Source: an uncultured Verrucomicrobiae bacterium
Lineage (GTDB): Bacteria > Verrucomicrobiota > Verrucomicrobiia > Chthoniobacterales > Chthoniobacteraceae
NCBI GenBank assembly: GCA_963828525.1
Contig: CAWHEP010000002.1
Coordinates: 96,001-160,000 of the forward strand
Length of the DNA: 64,000 nt
Direction of reading: 5' to 3'
The notes under the pieces were generated by a model. That model had not been told where the DNA came from, made no database searches, and saw only the letters and a list, made by a program, of their open reading frames with translations. A program made the position numbers and the translations under genes. This document shows, piece by piece, positions 22,982 to 33,914 of this stretch; position 1 is the stretch's first letter, and each line of letters begins with the position of its first letter.

Positions 22982-24451
22982 GAGACTGTTGAAAAACGCC
23001 TCGTTTTGCAACGGGTGCTTGGTGTAAAAATGGAGTCGTGTTTGAACAACGACGGAAGAAAGAAAAGCAGTCGGAGTTCTGGATAGCGACGAGCCAGTTG
23101 CCGAAGGCGACGCCAAGCCGCTTCTATGAGCTTGTAGACCGAAAGTTGGAAGAGATCGGCTTTGCTGAGAGGGTATATGAATTGTGCAAGCCCGCTTATG
23201 CAGACGTATCCAAGGGAGGGCGGCCGGGCATTGATCCGGTTGTCTATCTAAAGATGCTGATGGTCGGCTTCTTCGAGGGGTTGGAAAGCGAGCGTGCGAT
23301 CTCGTCGCGCTGCGCCGATTCGTTGAGCGCCCGCGGCTTTCTGGGATACAGCCTGAGCGAGCCAACGCCTGAGCATTCGAGCCTGACGGTGATCCGGCAG
23401 CGCCTCGGAGTGGATATTTACCAAGGGGTGTTCGAATTGATCCTGGAGGCGATGCGCGCCCAAGGGCTTCTGAAAGGTCGCAATCTGGGGATAGACAGCA
23501 GCGTGATTGAGGCCAACGCCAGCCTGCGGAGCCTCGTCAGCCGCAACACGGAAGAGGCTTACTGGGAGTATGTGAAGCGCCTGGCCAAAGACGCCGGAGT
23601 GGACGAGCAAGACGCGGCAGCGGTTCGCCGCTTTGACATGAAGCGCCCGGGGCGCAAGACAAGTAACAAGGATTGGGTGAACCCGCACGACCCTGACGCG
23701 AAGGTGGGCAAGACCAAGGACGGCGCGACGGACATGACCTACAAGCCCGAACACACGGTGGACTTGGACACCGGGATCATCGTGCAGGCAGAGATCATGC
23801 TAGGCGATCAGGCCGACACGGAGGACTTGAGCGGAAAGGTTTTGGACGCAGTGGCGACGCTGCACACGATAATCCCGGCGATTAAGATCAAGAAGCCCGG
23901 CGTCAGCATCACGGCGGACAAGGGGTATTTCGCGGTCGATGAGTCGGGGACTTGCAAGAGTGCGCGATAAGGACTGTCATCACTGACCCGCATCGCAACC
24001 GGCGTTGCGGGGACCTGCCTGACTCCAAGCGCGCCGTGCTGCGAAGCGCGCGATGCCGGTGAAGAGCAAATCCGAGAAAGAGCCTGCTGGGCAAGAGGCC
24101 AGGATATTGAGCGAAGCTTTGAGCACGTTCTGGATTGCGGCGGGCTGCGGCGAGCCACGTTGCGGGGCCGCGAGAACCTTAGCAAACGTCACAAGATGGC
24201 GGCGGCGTTTTACAATTTATCGCAGTTGCTGCGCGCCGTTCACGGAATTGGCACTCCCAGCAGTGGATTGCAGCCGGAAGGGGGGCTGTTGTGCGCCTTT
24301 GTGCTCTGCTATGGAGCATCCTTGCAGAACCAACAGGCCTACGTCGCAACAAATCACAGATCCCAGCCCTTAGGCTCGCGATTCGTCCCGAACTTTCTCA
24401 TTTTCCATTCCGTTTGGCGATTCTCGAAAACTCGGCTTGTTCAACAGTCTG
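22982..24451 (+). mobile_element. Insertion sequence, IS1182/IS5-type DDE transposase (DUF772-like N-terminus), copy 1
   Basis: IRs GAGACTGTTGAA / TTCAACAGTCTG, TTAG flanks; transposase from 23038 (GRPGIDP, SERAI, PEHSSL, IDSSVIEANAS, ADKGY), frameshifted after ~23940. Confidence 0.92.
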
Positions 24452-24455
24452 TTAG

Positions 24456-25909
24456 GAGACTGTTGAAAAACGCCTCGTTTTGCAACGGGTGCTTGGTGTA
24501 AAAATGGAGTCGTGTTTGAACAACGACGGAAGAAAGAAAAGCAGTCGGAGTTCTGGATAGCGACGAGCCAGTTGCCGAAGGCGACGCCAAGCCGCTTCTA
24601 TGAGCTTGTAGAGAAGTTGGAAGAGATCGGCTTTGCTGAGAGGGTATATGAATTGTGCAAGCGCTTATGCAGACGTATCCAAGGGAGGGCAGGCATTGAT
24701 CCGGTTGTCTATCTAAAGATGCTGATGGTCGGCTTCTTCGAGGGGTTGGAAAGCGAGCGTGCGATCTCGTCGCGATGCGCCGACGTGAGCGCCGGGCTTT
24801 CTGGATACAGCCTGAGCGAGCCAACGCCTGAGCATTCGAGCCTGACGGTGATCCGGCAGCGCCTCGGAGTGGATATTTACCAAGGGGTGTTCGAATTGAT
24901 GCTGGATGGGATGTGCGACCGAGAGATTTGAAAGGTCGCAATCTGGGGATAGACAGCAGCGTGATTGAGGCCAACGCCAGCCTGCGGAGCCTCGTCAGCC
25001 GCAACACGGAAGAGGCTTACTGGGAGTATGTGAAGCGCCTGGCCAAAGACGCCGGAGTGGACGAGCAAGACGCGGCAGCGGTTCGCCGCTTTGACATGAA
25101 GCGCCCGGGGCGCAAGACAAGTAACAAGGATTGGGTGAACCCGCACGACCCTGACGCGAAGGTGGGCAAGACAAGGACGGCGCGACGGACATGACCTACA
25201 AGCCCGAACACACGGTGGATGTGGACACCGGGATCATCGTGCAGGCAGAGATCATGCTAGGCGATCAGGCGACACGGAGGACTTGAGCGGAAAGGTTTTG
25301 GACGCAGTGGCGACGCTGCACACGATAATCCCGGCGATTGAGATCAAGAAGCCCGGCGTGAGCAACTCGGCGACAAGGGGTATTTCGCGGTCGATGAAGT
25401 GGGGGACTTGCAAGAGTACGCGATAAGGACTGTCATCACTGACCCGCATCGCAACCGGCGTTGCGGGCACCTGCCTGACCCAAGCGCGCCGTGCTGCGAA
25501 GCGCGCGATGCGCGGTGAAGAGCAAATCCGGAAAGAGCCTGCTGCGCAGACGAGGCCAGCATATTGAGCGAAGCTTTGAGCACGTTCTGGATTGCGGCGG
25601 GCTGCGGCGAGCCACGTTGCGGGGCCGCGAGAACCTTAGCAAACGTCACAAGATGGCGGCGGCGTTTTACAATTTATCGCAGTTGCTGCGCGCCGTTCAC
25701 GGAATTGGCACTCCCAAGCAGTGGATTGCAGCCGGAAGGGGGGCTGTTGTGCGCCTTTGTGCTCTGCTATGGAGCATCCTTGCAGAACCAACAGGCCTAC
25801 GTCGCAACAAATCACAGATCCCAGCCCTTAGGCTCGCGATTCGTCCCAAACTTTCTCATTTTCCATTCCGTTTGGCGACTCTCGAAAACTCGGCTTGTTC
25901 AACAGTCTG
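24456..25909 (+). mobile_element. Same IS, copy 2 (direct tandem, many indels)
   Basis: Near-identical to 22982-24451; separated by one TTAG and followed by TTAG at 25910-25913. Confidence 0.88.
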
Positions 25910-26719
25910 TTAGGAAGCCAGGCATGAGTCAATTTCTCTAGTTCCTCAAAGTGGCGCGGGTTCCCAGGACTACCGATCAAATTGAAAGCAATTTTATCGG
26001 GCCAGAGCTGTATGCCTACGTGTTTTTTGTCGTCGAGTTTCTTCCAGAACGTCTGTCGTTACGGTCATTGTCTGCCGAGCCGGGTCTAAGACGGGCATAC
26101 CGTTGCTTTCAGTGACTGCCAGCCTCCACTCAGTCACGCTCTCACTGTGAGGAAAATCCTTCTTCACCATGGACTGCCACGCTTCGGCAGCGAGTTGAAA
26201 TCGTTCTTCTGTCAGATCCACGTGGGCCACCAGCGCCCTTTCAATGATTGGCGGATTCTCGTATTTCGTCATAGAGGTGTGTGCCAACGGTGGAATTCTT
26301 TCCGATAGAGACGCGTAGTCAAGCTTTGTCCGTAAACTGCGCTAACGCGACGTCTAACCCACTTTGGCGCATCCACCGACCACAGAGCGAAGAGGAGTTT
26401 AACCGAGCTTCTAGGCGAATAAACGGCTCGCAAAGGTCAGGGTGAAGAAAGCTAAATGCTCAATGCCGTAACGCTCGATAGGCAAGCGGACGTTCTCCTT
26501 GAGACATGCCTCGGGCTTGTAAGCGCTTTGGCGACTGGAACCGAGGTGGGCTTTCCCTCATGCAGCGAAGCATGGTTTGAACATCTCCGGTTGAATTTTC
26601 ACTGCTTAGACAAGGAACGGGCGGGGCACTCGCTGGCTCTAATTCGCCCTTTGCCGGATTTGGAGAAAACAGCGCCCTCCACTACGTTTTTTGCTGCGCA
26701 GGATGCCGGATGCTGTGAA

Positions 26720-26740
26720 AGTAGCTAGGAGTCAGCTACT
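26720..26740 (-). terminator. Hairpin downstream of tRNA-Phe
   Basis: AGTAGCT-N7-AGCTACT followed by a short T run on the minus strand. Confidence 0.35.
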
Positions 26741-26747
26741 CCAAGAA

Positions 26748-26823
<76 letters not shown>

Positions 26824-27016
26824 GTGCTCATGAGCCTTGCGGCGGAAGGTTTATTTACACCAGAGGGGGCGCTTCGCAATCCTAAATAACGATTCCGTGA
26901 CCGCGCGGAAGCATCAGGTCGTCGCCCATGGCCTTCGCGCCAACTCGCGCCACCCGTCGCCTGCGAATCCCATGGTTGACCATTGCTTCCCGCCTGCCGA
27001 TGTTCTCTTTCTGAAT

Positions 27017-27832
27017 ATGACCGACACAGGATTGACCCCTCAGGAGGGCTGGCACGTTCTGCATCTTTTTTACAAAATCGATTACGGGCAGTGGCAGCTT
27101 TTCACACAGCCCGAACAGTTGCGCGCCAAGACGGATCTCTCTTCCCTGGTGCAGGAGATTCGGGCGACTCCTTCCACGCAACTGCTGGTTCTCAGCATGG
27201 TCTCGCCCAAGGCCGATCTCGGTTTCATGCTGCTCACGCCCGACCTCCATGTGTTGAACCAGTTCGAGAAAAAGCTAAGTCAGGCGCTCGGGCCGGATGT
27301 CTGCACCTCGGTATTCAGCTACCTTTCCATGACGGAACGGAGCGAATACACCACCAGCGACGAGGAGTTCGTCGAATCTCTGCGCGTGGAAAAGGGTTTT
27401 GAGCCTGGATCGCCCGACTCCGAAGCGGCCTTGGGTGAGTTCCGCGCCCGGATGACGAAATATCTGAAGGATCGCCTTTACCCGAATCTCCCCGACTGGC
27501 CCGTGGTCTGTTTTTACCCGATGAACAAACGCCGGGGGGAGCACAAGAACTGGTATGCTCTCCCATTCGCCGACCGCAAGCGCCTGATGGCGGGTCACGC
27601 AAAGATCGGGCGAACATGGCACGGAAAAATCCTCCAGTTGATCACCGGGGCGACCGGGCTGGATGATGGAGAGTGGGGCGTCACGTTGTTTTCGCGCGAC
27701 ACCTTCCATGTGAAGGGTATCGTCTATGAAATGCGATTCGATGCCGTGAGCGCGGACTACGGGGAATTTGGCGAATTCTATGTCGGGCTCCAGGTTCCGC
27801 TCGACGAGCTGTTCCGCCGCCTTCTCCTGTAA
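27017..27832 (+). CDS. chdC: Coproheme decarboxylase / chlorite dismutase family (HemQ/ChdC)
   Basis: EGWHVLHLF, KADLGFM, SYLSMTERSEY, CFYPMNKRR..NWYAL, H..IGR, GLDDGEWGVTLF, YEMRFD. Confidence 0.85.
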   Translation: MTDTGLTPQEGWHVLHLFYKIDYGQWQLFTQPEQLRAKTDLSSLVQEIRATPSTQLLVLSMVSPKADLGFMLLTPDLHVLNQFEKKLSQALGPDVCTSVFSYLSMTERSEYTTSDEEFVESLRVEKGFEPGSPDSEAALGEFRARMTKYLKDRLYPNLPDWPVVCFYPMNKRRGEHKNWYALPFADRKRLMAGHAKIGRTWHGKILQLITGATGLDDGEWGVTLFSRDTFHVKGIVYEMRFDAVSADYGEFGEFYVGLQVPLDELFRRLLL

Positions 27833-27857
27833 ACGCCGTGCCAATGAGATCTTCGCG

Positions 27858-28634
27858 ATGACAAAGATTGACCAACTGCGCGAGAATCTTCGCTCCAGGG
27901 CGCCTTTGGTGATCGCATACTCAGGTGGCGCGGACAGCGCGTTTCTCCTGGCCGTCGCGCGCGAGGCGCTCGGGGAGCGCATGCTCGGAGTCATCGCGGA
28001 CAGCCCCAGCTTGCCGAGGCAGGCGCTTGCGGACGCGCTCGATCTCGCCCGCTCCATCTCCGCTCCCGTGGAGGTCATCCGGACGGAAGAAATGAACGAT
28101 GAGAACTACGTCAGCAACCCGATGAACCGGTGTTATTTCTGCAAGGCGGAACTGTTCGTGAAGCTGGATCAACTGGCGCGGGATCGTGGATTCGCGGCGA
28201 TCGTGTACGGGGAAAACGCGGACGACGCCGGTCATTTCCGTCCGGGGGTGAAAGCCGCCGCTGAATTCTCCGTCCTCGCTCCTCTCAAAGAGGCTGGCCT
28301 TACGAAGATGGAAATCCGCGAGCTCTCCCGCGGCATGGGTTTGCCCACCGCGGATAATCCCTCGCAGCCCTGCCTCAGCTCGCGCATCCCGCACGGCACT
28401 CCTGTAACCCGGGAAGCCCTTTCCATGGTCGAGCGCGGAGAAGCCCTCGTGCGCAGTCTGGGCTTTCGGGTATTCCGGGTGCGGCACCTTTCTAATTCGC
28501 GGGCGCGTGTGCAGATCGCGCCTGAGGAAATGGGCGGGCTTCCCGGCGCGCGGCATTCCCTTGAGACAGGCCTCGCGGCTGTGGGATACGCCAGCGTCGA
28601 GATCGACCCCGCCGGGTACCGCTCACCGGCTTAA
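27858..28634 (+). CDS. larE: ATP-dependent sacrificial sulfur transferase LarE
   Basis: AYSGGADS, NRCYFCK, RPG, PCLSSRIPHG, FRVRH. Confidence 0.9.
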   Translation: MTKIDQLRENLRSRAPLVIAYSGGADSAFLLAVAREALGERMLGVIADSPSLPRQALADALDLARSISAPVEVIRTEEMNDENYVSNPMNRCYFCKAELFVKLDQLARDRGFAAIVYGENADDAGHFRPGVKAAAEFSVLAPLKEAGLTKMEIRELSRGMGLPTADNPSQPCLSSRIPHGTPVTREALSMVERGEALVRSLGFRVFRVRHLSNSRARVQIAPEEMGGLPGARHSLETGLAAVGYASVEIDPAGYRSPA

Positions 28635-28646
28635 GCCCCGCGCTCT

Positions 28647-29309
28647 ATGTGGAGGCGGCGCACACCAGGTCGCGCGCTGGCGCGTTCAGCCCGCCCGCAA
28701 ATACCCCCCGCCCTCAAGGCGCATTTCGCGAGCCATAACAGGCAGGTAATCCTCCTTGCGATTGCCGCCCTGGTTGCGGCGCTCGCATTCTGGATCCTCC
28801 TCTACATTTTCGTGGAAGCGATCGCGATGGTTGCCTTCACGGTGTCGTCCGGCGCCGAACCGCATTCAGCTTCCACCCTCAAGCTCGGCTACATCGCGGC
28901 CGCGTGTTTCGTCTGCGCCCTGGTCTTCATCACGCAGCGGTTCTCGCGAGCGAGGATGCCGCGTGATCACATCTCTCTCGGCGCGGCGCTCTCCGACCTT
29001 TTCCTCATGCTGCCGCGCATGACCGTCTTTGTCTGGAATGGCCTGCGCGCGTGGCAGCGTCTCGATGCCCGTGAGATGCGGCTCGCGTGGCGTGTACTCC
29101 AGCGCGTGGAACAGGAGCGGCGGGTCAGCCTTTCAAGCCTGCCGCAGGATATTCCCGATACCCGCCTTCGCGAGAAAGTTGTGATCGCCCTGCAACTTGT
29201 GGAACTCGTCGAGATTCATCCCGGCGAGCAGGGTTTCTACATGCGTTTTACCAACGACAAGGCTCGCGCGTTATGCCAGCAACTCGTCCGCATAGCCGTG
29301 GAATCATAG
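28647..29309 (+). CDS. Hypothetical membrane protein
   Basis: Two to three hydrophobic segments; operon-like spacing. Confidence 0.65.
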   Translation: MWRRRTPGRALARSARPQIPPALKAHFASHNRQVILLAIAALVAALAFWILLYIFVEAIAMVAFTVSSGAEPHSASTLKLGYIAAACFVCALVFITQRFSRARMPRDHISLGAALSDLFLMLPRMTVFVWNGLRAWQRLDAREMRLAWRVLQRVEQERRVSLSSLPQDIPDTRLREKVVIALQLVELVEIHPGEQGFYMRFTNDKARALCQQLVRIAVES

Positions 29310-29367
29310 TCGAACGAGGGAAAATCATTTGCCAGAGCGCAAAGGATAAGCAACGCTCGACGCATCC

Positions 29368-29823
29368 ATGAAGCCCGCGCGTTCCACACCCCTCTGTCTG
29401 TCCATAATCACTCTTCTTGTCATCACGCCGCTGATGTCTGTCTCCCGCGCGGCGGATACCGAGAAACCCGAGACCGAGCTGGCTCGCGAGATGAAGGGGA
29501 TGAGCAAGGATTTCAAGACGTTGAAAAAGCAAATTTCCGACCCTTCCCAAAAGGCGTCTTCCCTTGCCCTGATCGCCGATATGGAGAAACACGCGAAGGC
29601 CGCCCGGGAACTTACTCCGGCAAACACGGCCAAGGTTCCAGAAGCGGATAAGGCAAAATGGATGGCGGATTACAAGAAGCAGATAGACGATCTCATCGCC
29701 ACCTACGACAAGCTGGAAGCAGCGGTATCCGCCGACAAGACCGCCGACGCGGCGGACATCATGACCAAGGCCCTGTCCCAGAAACGGGATGGGCACGAAG
29801 AGTTCGCCAAGGAAGAGAAATAG
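29368..29823 (+). CDS. Cytochrome b562-like exported four-helix protein
   Basis: Signal peptide, N-terminal Met (ELAREM) and C-terminal His (KRDGHEEF) in b562 ligand positions. Confidence 0.7.
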   Translation: MKPARSTPLCLSIITLLVITPLMSVSRAADTEKPETELAREMKGMSKDFKTLKKQISDPSQKASSLALIADMEKHAKAARELTPANTAKVPEADKAKWMADYKKQIDDLIATYDKLEAAVSADKTADAADIMTKALSQKRDGHEEFAKEEK

Positions 29824-29961
29824 GGCTGCTGGCGCTTTCCTTCGCGGCCAATGCCATAGGCGGGAGCATCCGGGGCCGGACTTGATTCCGGCAGATTCTC
29901 CCCGATTATATCCCTTAGCGCCCAGCGAGGATGATCTTGCGGGCTTACGGAACCCGTCTGA

Positions 29962-31011
29962 ATGGAACAGCTACAGCTACTTGGTGTCGCGTTGGGGTTG
30001 GCAAGTCTCTCCGGCATCAACCTTTACCTGACCGTCTTTGCGACCGGGCTGGCGATCGGCCAGCACTGGATAACGCTTTTACCACAATACTCCGGGCTGG
30101 CTGTTCTAGGTGAGCCGACCATCGTCGCCATCGCGGGCGTTCTTTACTTCATCCAATTCTTTGCGGACAAAGTGCCGTGGGTGGATTCGATGTGGGATTC
30201 GCTACACACCGTCATTCGCCCAATAGGCGGCGCGCTGCTCGCAACCCGCGTCCTGGGGCCGGCGAACCCCGTCTTTGATGTGCTGGTTGCCCTTCTCGCC
30301 GGTGGCGCCGCCCTCATGACGCACGGCGTAAAGGCTGGCGCGCGCCTGGTTGCGAACGGGTCGCCCGAACCGTTCTCAAATATCGCCCTTAGCGTCACTG
30401 AAGATGCCAGCGTGATCGGCGGCCTGGCGTTGATCCATTACAATCCCATCATCGCGCTCGCGTTTTTCTCGCTGGTCCTGTCTTCCATCTGCTATCTGGC
30501 GCCACGCATCTTCCGTAAACTGCGCGTCACGCTTTGGCTCGTATGGAAAAAGCTGAACGCCCCCGCGTCCAATGGCTCGGACGTCGTTTTGCCCCATGCT
30601 CTTCCACCCGATCACGACATCCTTTTCGCGCGCGTGAACGAGGCTGCCGAACCCATCCTGTGGGCGGTTCCTTGCATCAGCTCCTCGACGAAACTGTTTC
30701 CGGGCAATGTCTCTGGATACCTCGTCGCCACCACGGGAGATTCACGGCAGCTTCACTTCGTGGCGAAACACGGCTTTTCTGGCATTGCCAAAACGATGGA
30801 GTTGAGCAACTACAAAGTCGCTCGCGAGCCCCGATTTTTGAGCGAAGATTTCGTCCTCTACAGCTTGGATAAGCGGCCAAAGTTTGTGTTCCTGCTGGAT
30901 CGAACACGCGCGGCTTTTGTGAAGAGAATGGTGGAATCTTTCGCGGCCCGGCTCGCTCCCCCGATCGTTCCCGTCCCGGAACCAGCCGCTCTGGCCTCCG
31001 TCGCGGCTTGA
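29962..31011 (+). CDS. DUF4126 domain membrane protein
   Basis: SGINLYLTVF, FFADKVPWVDSMWDSLHTVIRP.GGA, SPEPFSNIALSVTED. Confidence 0.85.
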   Translation: MEQLQLLGVALGLASLSGINLYLTVFATGLAIGQHWITLLPQYSGLAVLGEPTIVAIAGVLYFIQFFADKVPWVDSMWDSLHTVIRPIGGALLATRVLGPANPVFDVLVALLAGGAALMTHGVKAGARLVANGSPEPFSNIALSVTEDASVIGGLALIHYNPIIALAFFSLVLSSICYLAPRIFRKLRVTLWLVWKKLNAPASNGSDVVLPHALPPDHDILFARVNEAAEPILWAVPCISSSTKLFPGNVSGYLVATTGDSRQLHFVAKHGFSGIAKTMELSNYKVAREPRFLSEDFVLYSLDKRPKFVFLLDRTRAAFVKRMVESFAARLAPPIVPVPEPAALASVAA

Positions 31012-31067
31012 TGTGCCGAGTCGAATAGACTTGAGGCTCCTTTGAAGCGCCTTAGACTTCTACCCCT

Positions 31068-31928
31068 ATGACTGACATGAATGAATACGCTCACCCCGAA
31101 GTGCTGGTGAGCACGGATTGGCTCGCGAAACACGGCTCGGATCCTGGCATCCGCATCGTGGAGAGCAATGAGGATGTCCTGCTTTACGACACGGGGCACA
31201 TCGCCGGAGCCGTCCACATCGACTGGCGCTCAGATCTTCAGGATAACCTTGTTCGCGATTACATCACGCCCGAAGCCTTTGCCGAACTTTGTGAACGCAA
31301 CGGCATCACACCAGAGACCACGTGCGTCTTCTATGGCGATAAGTCGAACTGGTGGGCCTGCTACGCTCTCTGGGCGTTTCGCCTTTTCGGTCATCGAAAC
31401 GTCAAGGTTCTGGATGGCGGGCGCGACAAATGGATTGCTGAAGGCCGGGCTTTGACACGGGAAAAGGCCTCATACCCCTCCGCCAGCTATCCCGTTCCCG
31501 CGCGCCGATGTGACGACGAGATTCGCGCCTTCTTCGACGAGGCCCTCGCGCAGAGCACCGGCAAGAAGCCCTTGGTGGATGTGCGCTCGCCCGGCGAGTT
31601 TAAAGGAGACGTGACGCACATGCCAGAGTATCCGCAGGAAGGAGTCTTGCGAGGAGGCCACATCCCGGGGGCGAAGAGCGTGCCCTGGAAACGCGCCTGC
31701 AACGAGGATGGCACTTTCAAGGATGCAAAAGCTCTCAGCGCCTTGTACAAAGGGGAGGTCGGACTCAAAAAAGGCGATGACATCATCGCTTACTGCCGCA
31801 TCGGGGAGCGTTCCAGCCATACCTGGTTTGTGCTCAGCTACCTTCTCGGCTTCAATAATGTGCGCAACTACGACGGCTCATGGACGGAATGGGGCAACCG
31901 GGTGCGGGCGCCCATCGAGCGAAGTTGA
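31068..31928 (+). CDS. Tandem rhodanese sulfurtransferase (SseA/CysA type)
   Basis: [35 protein letters not shown]. Confidence 0.93.
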   Translation: MTDMNEYAHPEVLVSTDWLAKHGSDPGIRIVESNEDVLLYDTGHIAGAVHIDWRSDLQDNLVRDYITPEAFAELCERNGITPETTCVFYGDKSNWWACYALWAFRLFGHRNVKVLDGGRDKWIAEGRALTREKASYPSASYPVPARRCDDEIRAFFDEALAQSTGKKPLVDVRSPGEFKGDVTHMPEYPQEGVLRGGHIPGAKSVPWKRACNEDGTFKDAKALSALYKGEVGLKKGDDIIAYCRIGERSSHTWFVLSYLLGFNNVRNYDGSWTEWGNRVRAPIERS

Positions 31929-32425
31929 ACGAGGTTCCCAGCGCCGGCGACGGCCAGCCACTGCCGGGCAAGCTTCAGAGCATCGTCTCCCTGTTTGAGT
32001 CGTTGCCCGAGGAAGAACGGCGTGGCTTGCTGATCGACTACGCGGAGCGCTCGGCGCGGTGCGCCCCCAAGGAAGGCGAAACCTTCGACCTCGAAGATAT
32101 CCGCAAGGACGAGGAATGCGCGGACACCGTGGGTATTTTCCTGAAGCTCGACGCCGATCAGCGCGTCCACTTTAACGTTTCCCTCGGCCCTCAAGTGCAG
32201 ACCCTCACCAAAGCAATGACTTCCATCCTGTGCAAGGGGTTGGAAGGCTGCTCGCTTGCCCAGATTGCCGATCTACCCTCGGACTTCGTCCTGCGGATCG
32301 TCGGCGGCCAGCTCGTGCGCGTCCGCAGCCAGACGGTGTATTACATCCTCACCCGGATTAAAGGAGCCTGCAAAGTGCTCTTCAACAGGTTGCGCGCCGC
32401 GGAATCCTCCCGCCCGCCGCAATAG
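31925..32425 (+). CDS. SufE family sulfur-acceptor protein
   Basis: LLIDYA, conserved Cys in DEECAD; TTG start overlaps rhodanese stop. Confidence 0.75.
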   Translation: MNEVPSAGDGQPLPGKLQSIVSLFESLPEEERRGLLIDYAERSARCAPKEGETFDLEDIRKDEECADTVGIFLKLDADQRVHFNVSLGPQVQTLTKAMTSILCKGLEGCSLAQIADLPSDFVLRIVGGQLVRVRSQTVYYILTRIKGACKVLFNRLRAAESSRPPQ

Positions 32426-32466
32426 CAGTTCCACCTGCCCGCAATCTCAGCGGGTTGGGGGAAATA

Positions 32467-33432
32467 TCAACGCGCCAGATACGCTCCCACTTTGGCGTCA
32501 AGTTCCCCCGCCTGCTTCTCCCGTTTCCGGCCAGCCGGTTCTATGTGTACAAGCACATCCGCTATCGACGAGTTCGAGCCTTTCACGGAGTCCTTTACCT
32601 CGTGCGCGATCCGGTGGCCATCCCGCACCGAGATGCCGCCATCCACCTCGGCGTGCAAATCCACATAGAAGCGCAGACCCATCTTGCGTATGCGACACTG
32701 GTCGATCGCTTCCACCCCGGGAACGTTCCTCGCGGCCGCCCGCACCTGGTCTTCCAGCTCTTTCGCCGGCGCGGTGTCCATCAATTCAAACAGCGCCGGC
32801 ATAAACAGCTTCACCCCGTTCACCGCGATCAACCCGCAAGCGAAAAGCGCCGCCCAATCATCAGCGGTCTCATAGCCCTTCCCCATGATCGTGGCGATGG
32901 AGATACCGATGAACGCCGCCGCGGACGTGAGGGCGTCGCTGCGGTGATGCCACGCGTCTGCCTTTAGCGCGGTACTCTGCGCGTCTTTGCCCGCGCGGAT
33001 GACGACGCGGTACAGGACTTCTTTGATCGCGATCACGGCGACAAGAATGAATAGTGTGAATGGGGCCGGAGCCGGGTGCGGCGTGTATATCATCCGGATG
33101 CTCTCGACGCTCAGCGCGAGAGCCGCCGCGACAACCGCGAGCGAGACGACGATGGCTGCCACCGGCTCCGCTTTGCCGTGGCCGTACGGGTGACTTTCAT
33201 CCGGCGGCTTGGAGGCCAGCTTCAGACCGCCCCAGATGATGGCTGAACCTGCTATGTCCAGCGTTGATTCAATGCCATCCGCGATCAGAACGTAAGAGTT
33301 CCCCAGCAGGCCAGCGGTGATCTTCACCACCGCCAGGACGACGTTGGTTAGCATTCCTATGAACGCGGTCCGCATTCCCGGACGGAGGTTCGCCGCGACT
33401 CTGTCGCTTGCGGCATCGCTGTTCACAGTCAT
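32467..33432 (-). CDS. Cation diffusion facilitator (FieF-like)
   Basis: LIADGIES, PPDESHPYGHGKAE, ADAWHHRSDA, DVLVHIEP. Confidence 0.92.
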   Translation of the reverse strand: MTVNSDAASDRVAANLRPGMRTAFIGMLTNVVLAVVKITAGLLGNSYVLIADGIESTLDIAGSAIIWGGLKLASKPPDESHPYGHGKAEPVAAIVVSLAVVAAALALSVESIRMIYTPHPAPAPFTLFILVAVIAIKEVLYRVVIRAGKDAQSTALKADAWHHRSDALTSAAAFIGISIATIMGKGYETADDWAALFACGLIAVNGVKLFMPALFELMDTAPAKELEDQVRAAARNVPGVEAIDQCRIRKMGLRFYVDLHAEVDGGISVRDGHRIAHEVKDSVKGSNSSIADVLVHIEPAGRKREKQAGELDAKVGAYLAR

Positions 33433-33618
33433 CTTGAAAAGAGTTGCGGCGCCTCGCGTCCCGAGCGGGCAGAGCCGATCATCCCTCGCGCGGAGAGCCA
33501 AAGCAAGTTCGTTGCGCAGCCCAAAAAGGGCATGAGGTCATTACGGACGCTGCAACCGATTTGAAGGTGGCTGCGTTCTAAAGGAACTGAGCTATATTGC
33601 CCGATTGATTTCTAAACG

Positions 33619-33906
33619 ATGGCTGCTGCGTCCCAACGAATCCAGGTAGAAGCGACAGTTCTCAACAAGCTGGGGTTGCATGCCCGACCCGCTTCCGAAT
33701 TCGTGAAGCGCGCCCGCGCGTTCAAGTCCACGATCCAGATCCTCAAAGGCGGGGAGACTTATTCCGCGTCAAGTATTCTGGACATCCTGAGCGCGAACTT
33801 GGATTTCGGCTCCGCTTTCATCATCGAAGCGGAAGGCCCGGACGCGGAAGAAGCTTTGGGGAAATTAACGGAGCTTCTGAGGGAGTTCCCGAACCAGGAA
33901 GACTAA
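33619..33906 (+). CDS. ptsH: HPr family phosphocarrier
   Basis: NKLGLHARPAS, ASSIL (Ser46 region), AEGPDAEEAL. Confidence 0.9.
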   Translation: MAAASQRIQVEATVLNKLGLHARPASEFVKRARAFKSTIQILKGGETYSASSILDILSANLDFGSAFIIEAEGPDAEEALGKLTELLREFPNQED

Positions 33907-33914
33907 CCGCCTCT

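Larger units (their letters stand above)
22529..26272 (-). pseudogene. TIGR04255-like protein interrupted by tandem IS copies
   Basis: N-term MTKYENPPIIE; removing the IS pair and leaving one TTAG restores HAWLPKWADHFGVTNFTGVSLQYVN in frame; C-term HDLILKEFEAFFSEKAKKSF; extra frameshifts near 26040 and 22720. Confidence 0.65.

Noticed and set aside
19445..26747. att duplication of the tRNA-Phe 3' end delimiting the AT-richer islet
   Set aside because: No convincing second copy or integrase found by eye, so islet boundaries are not called
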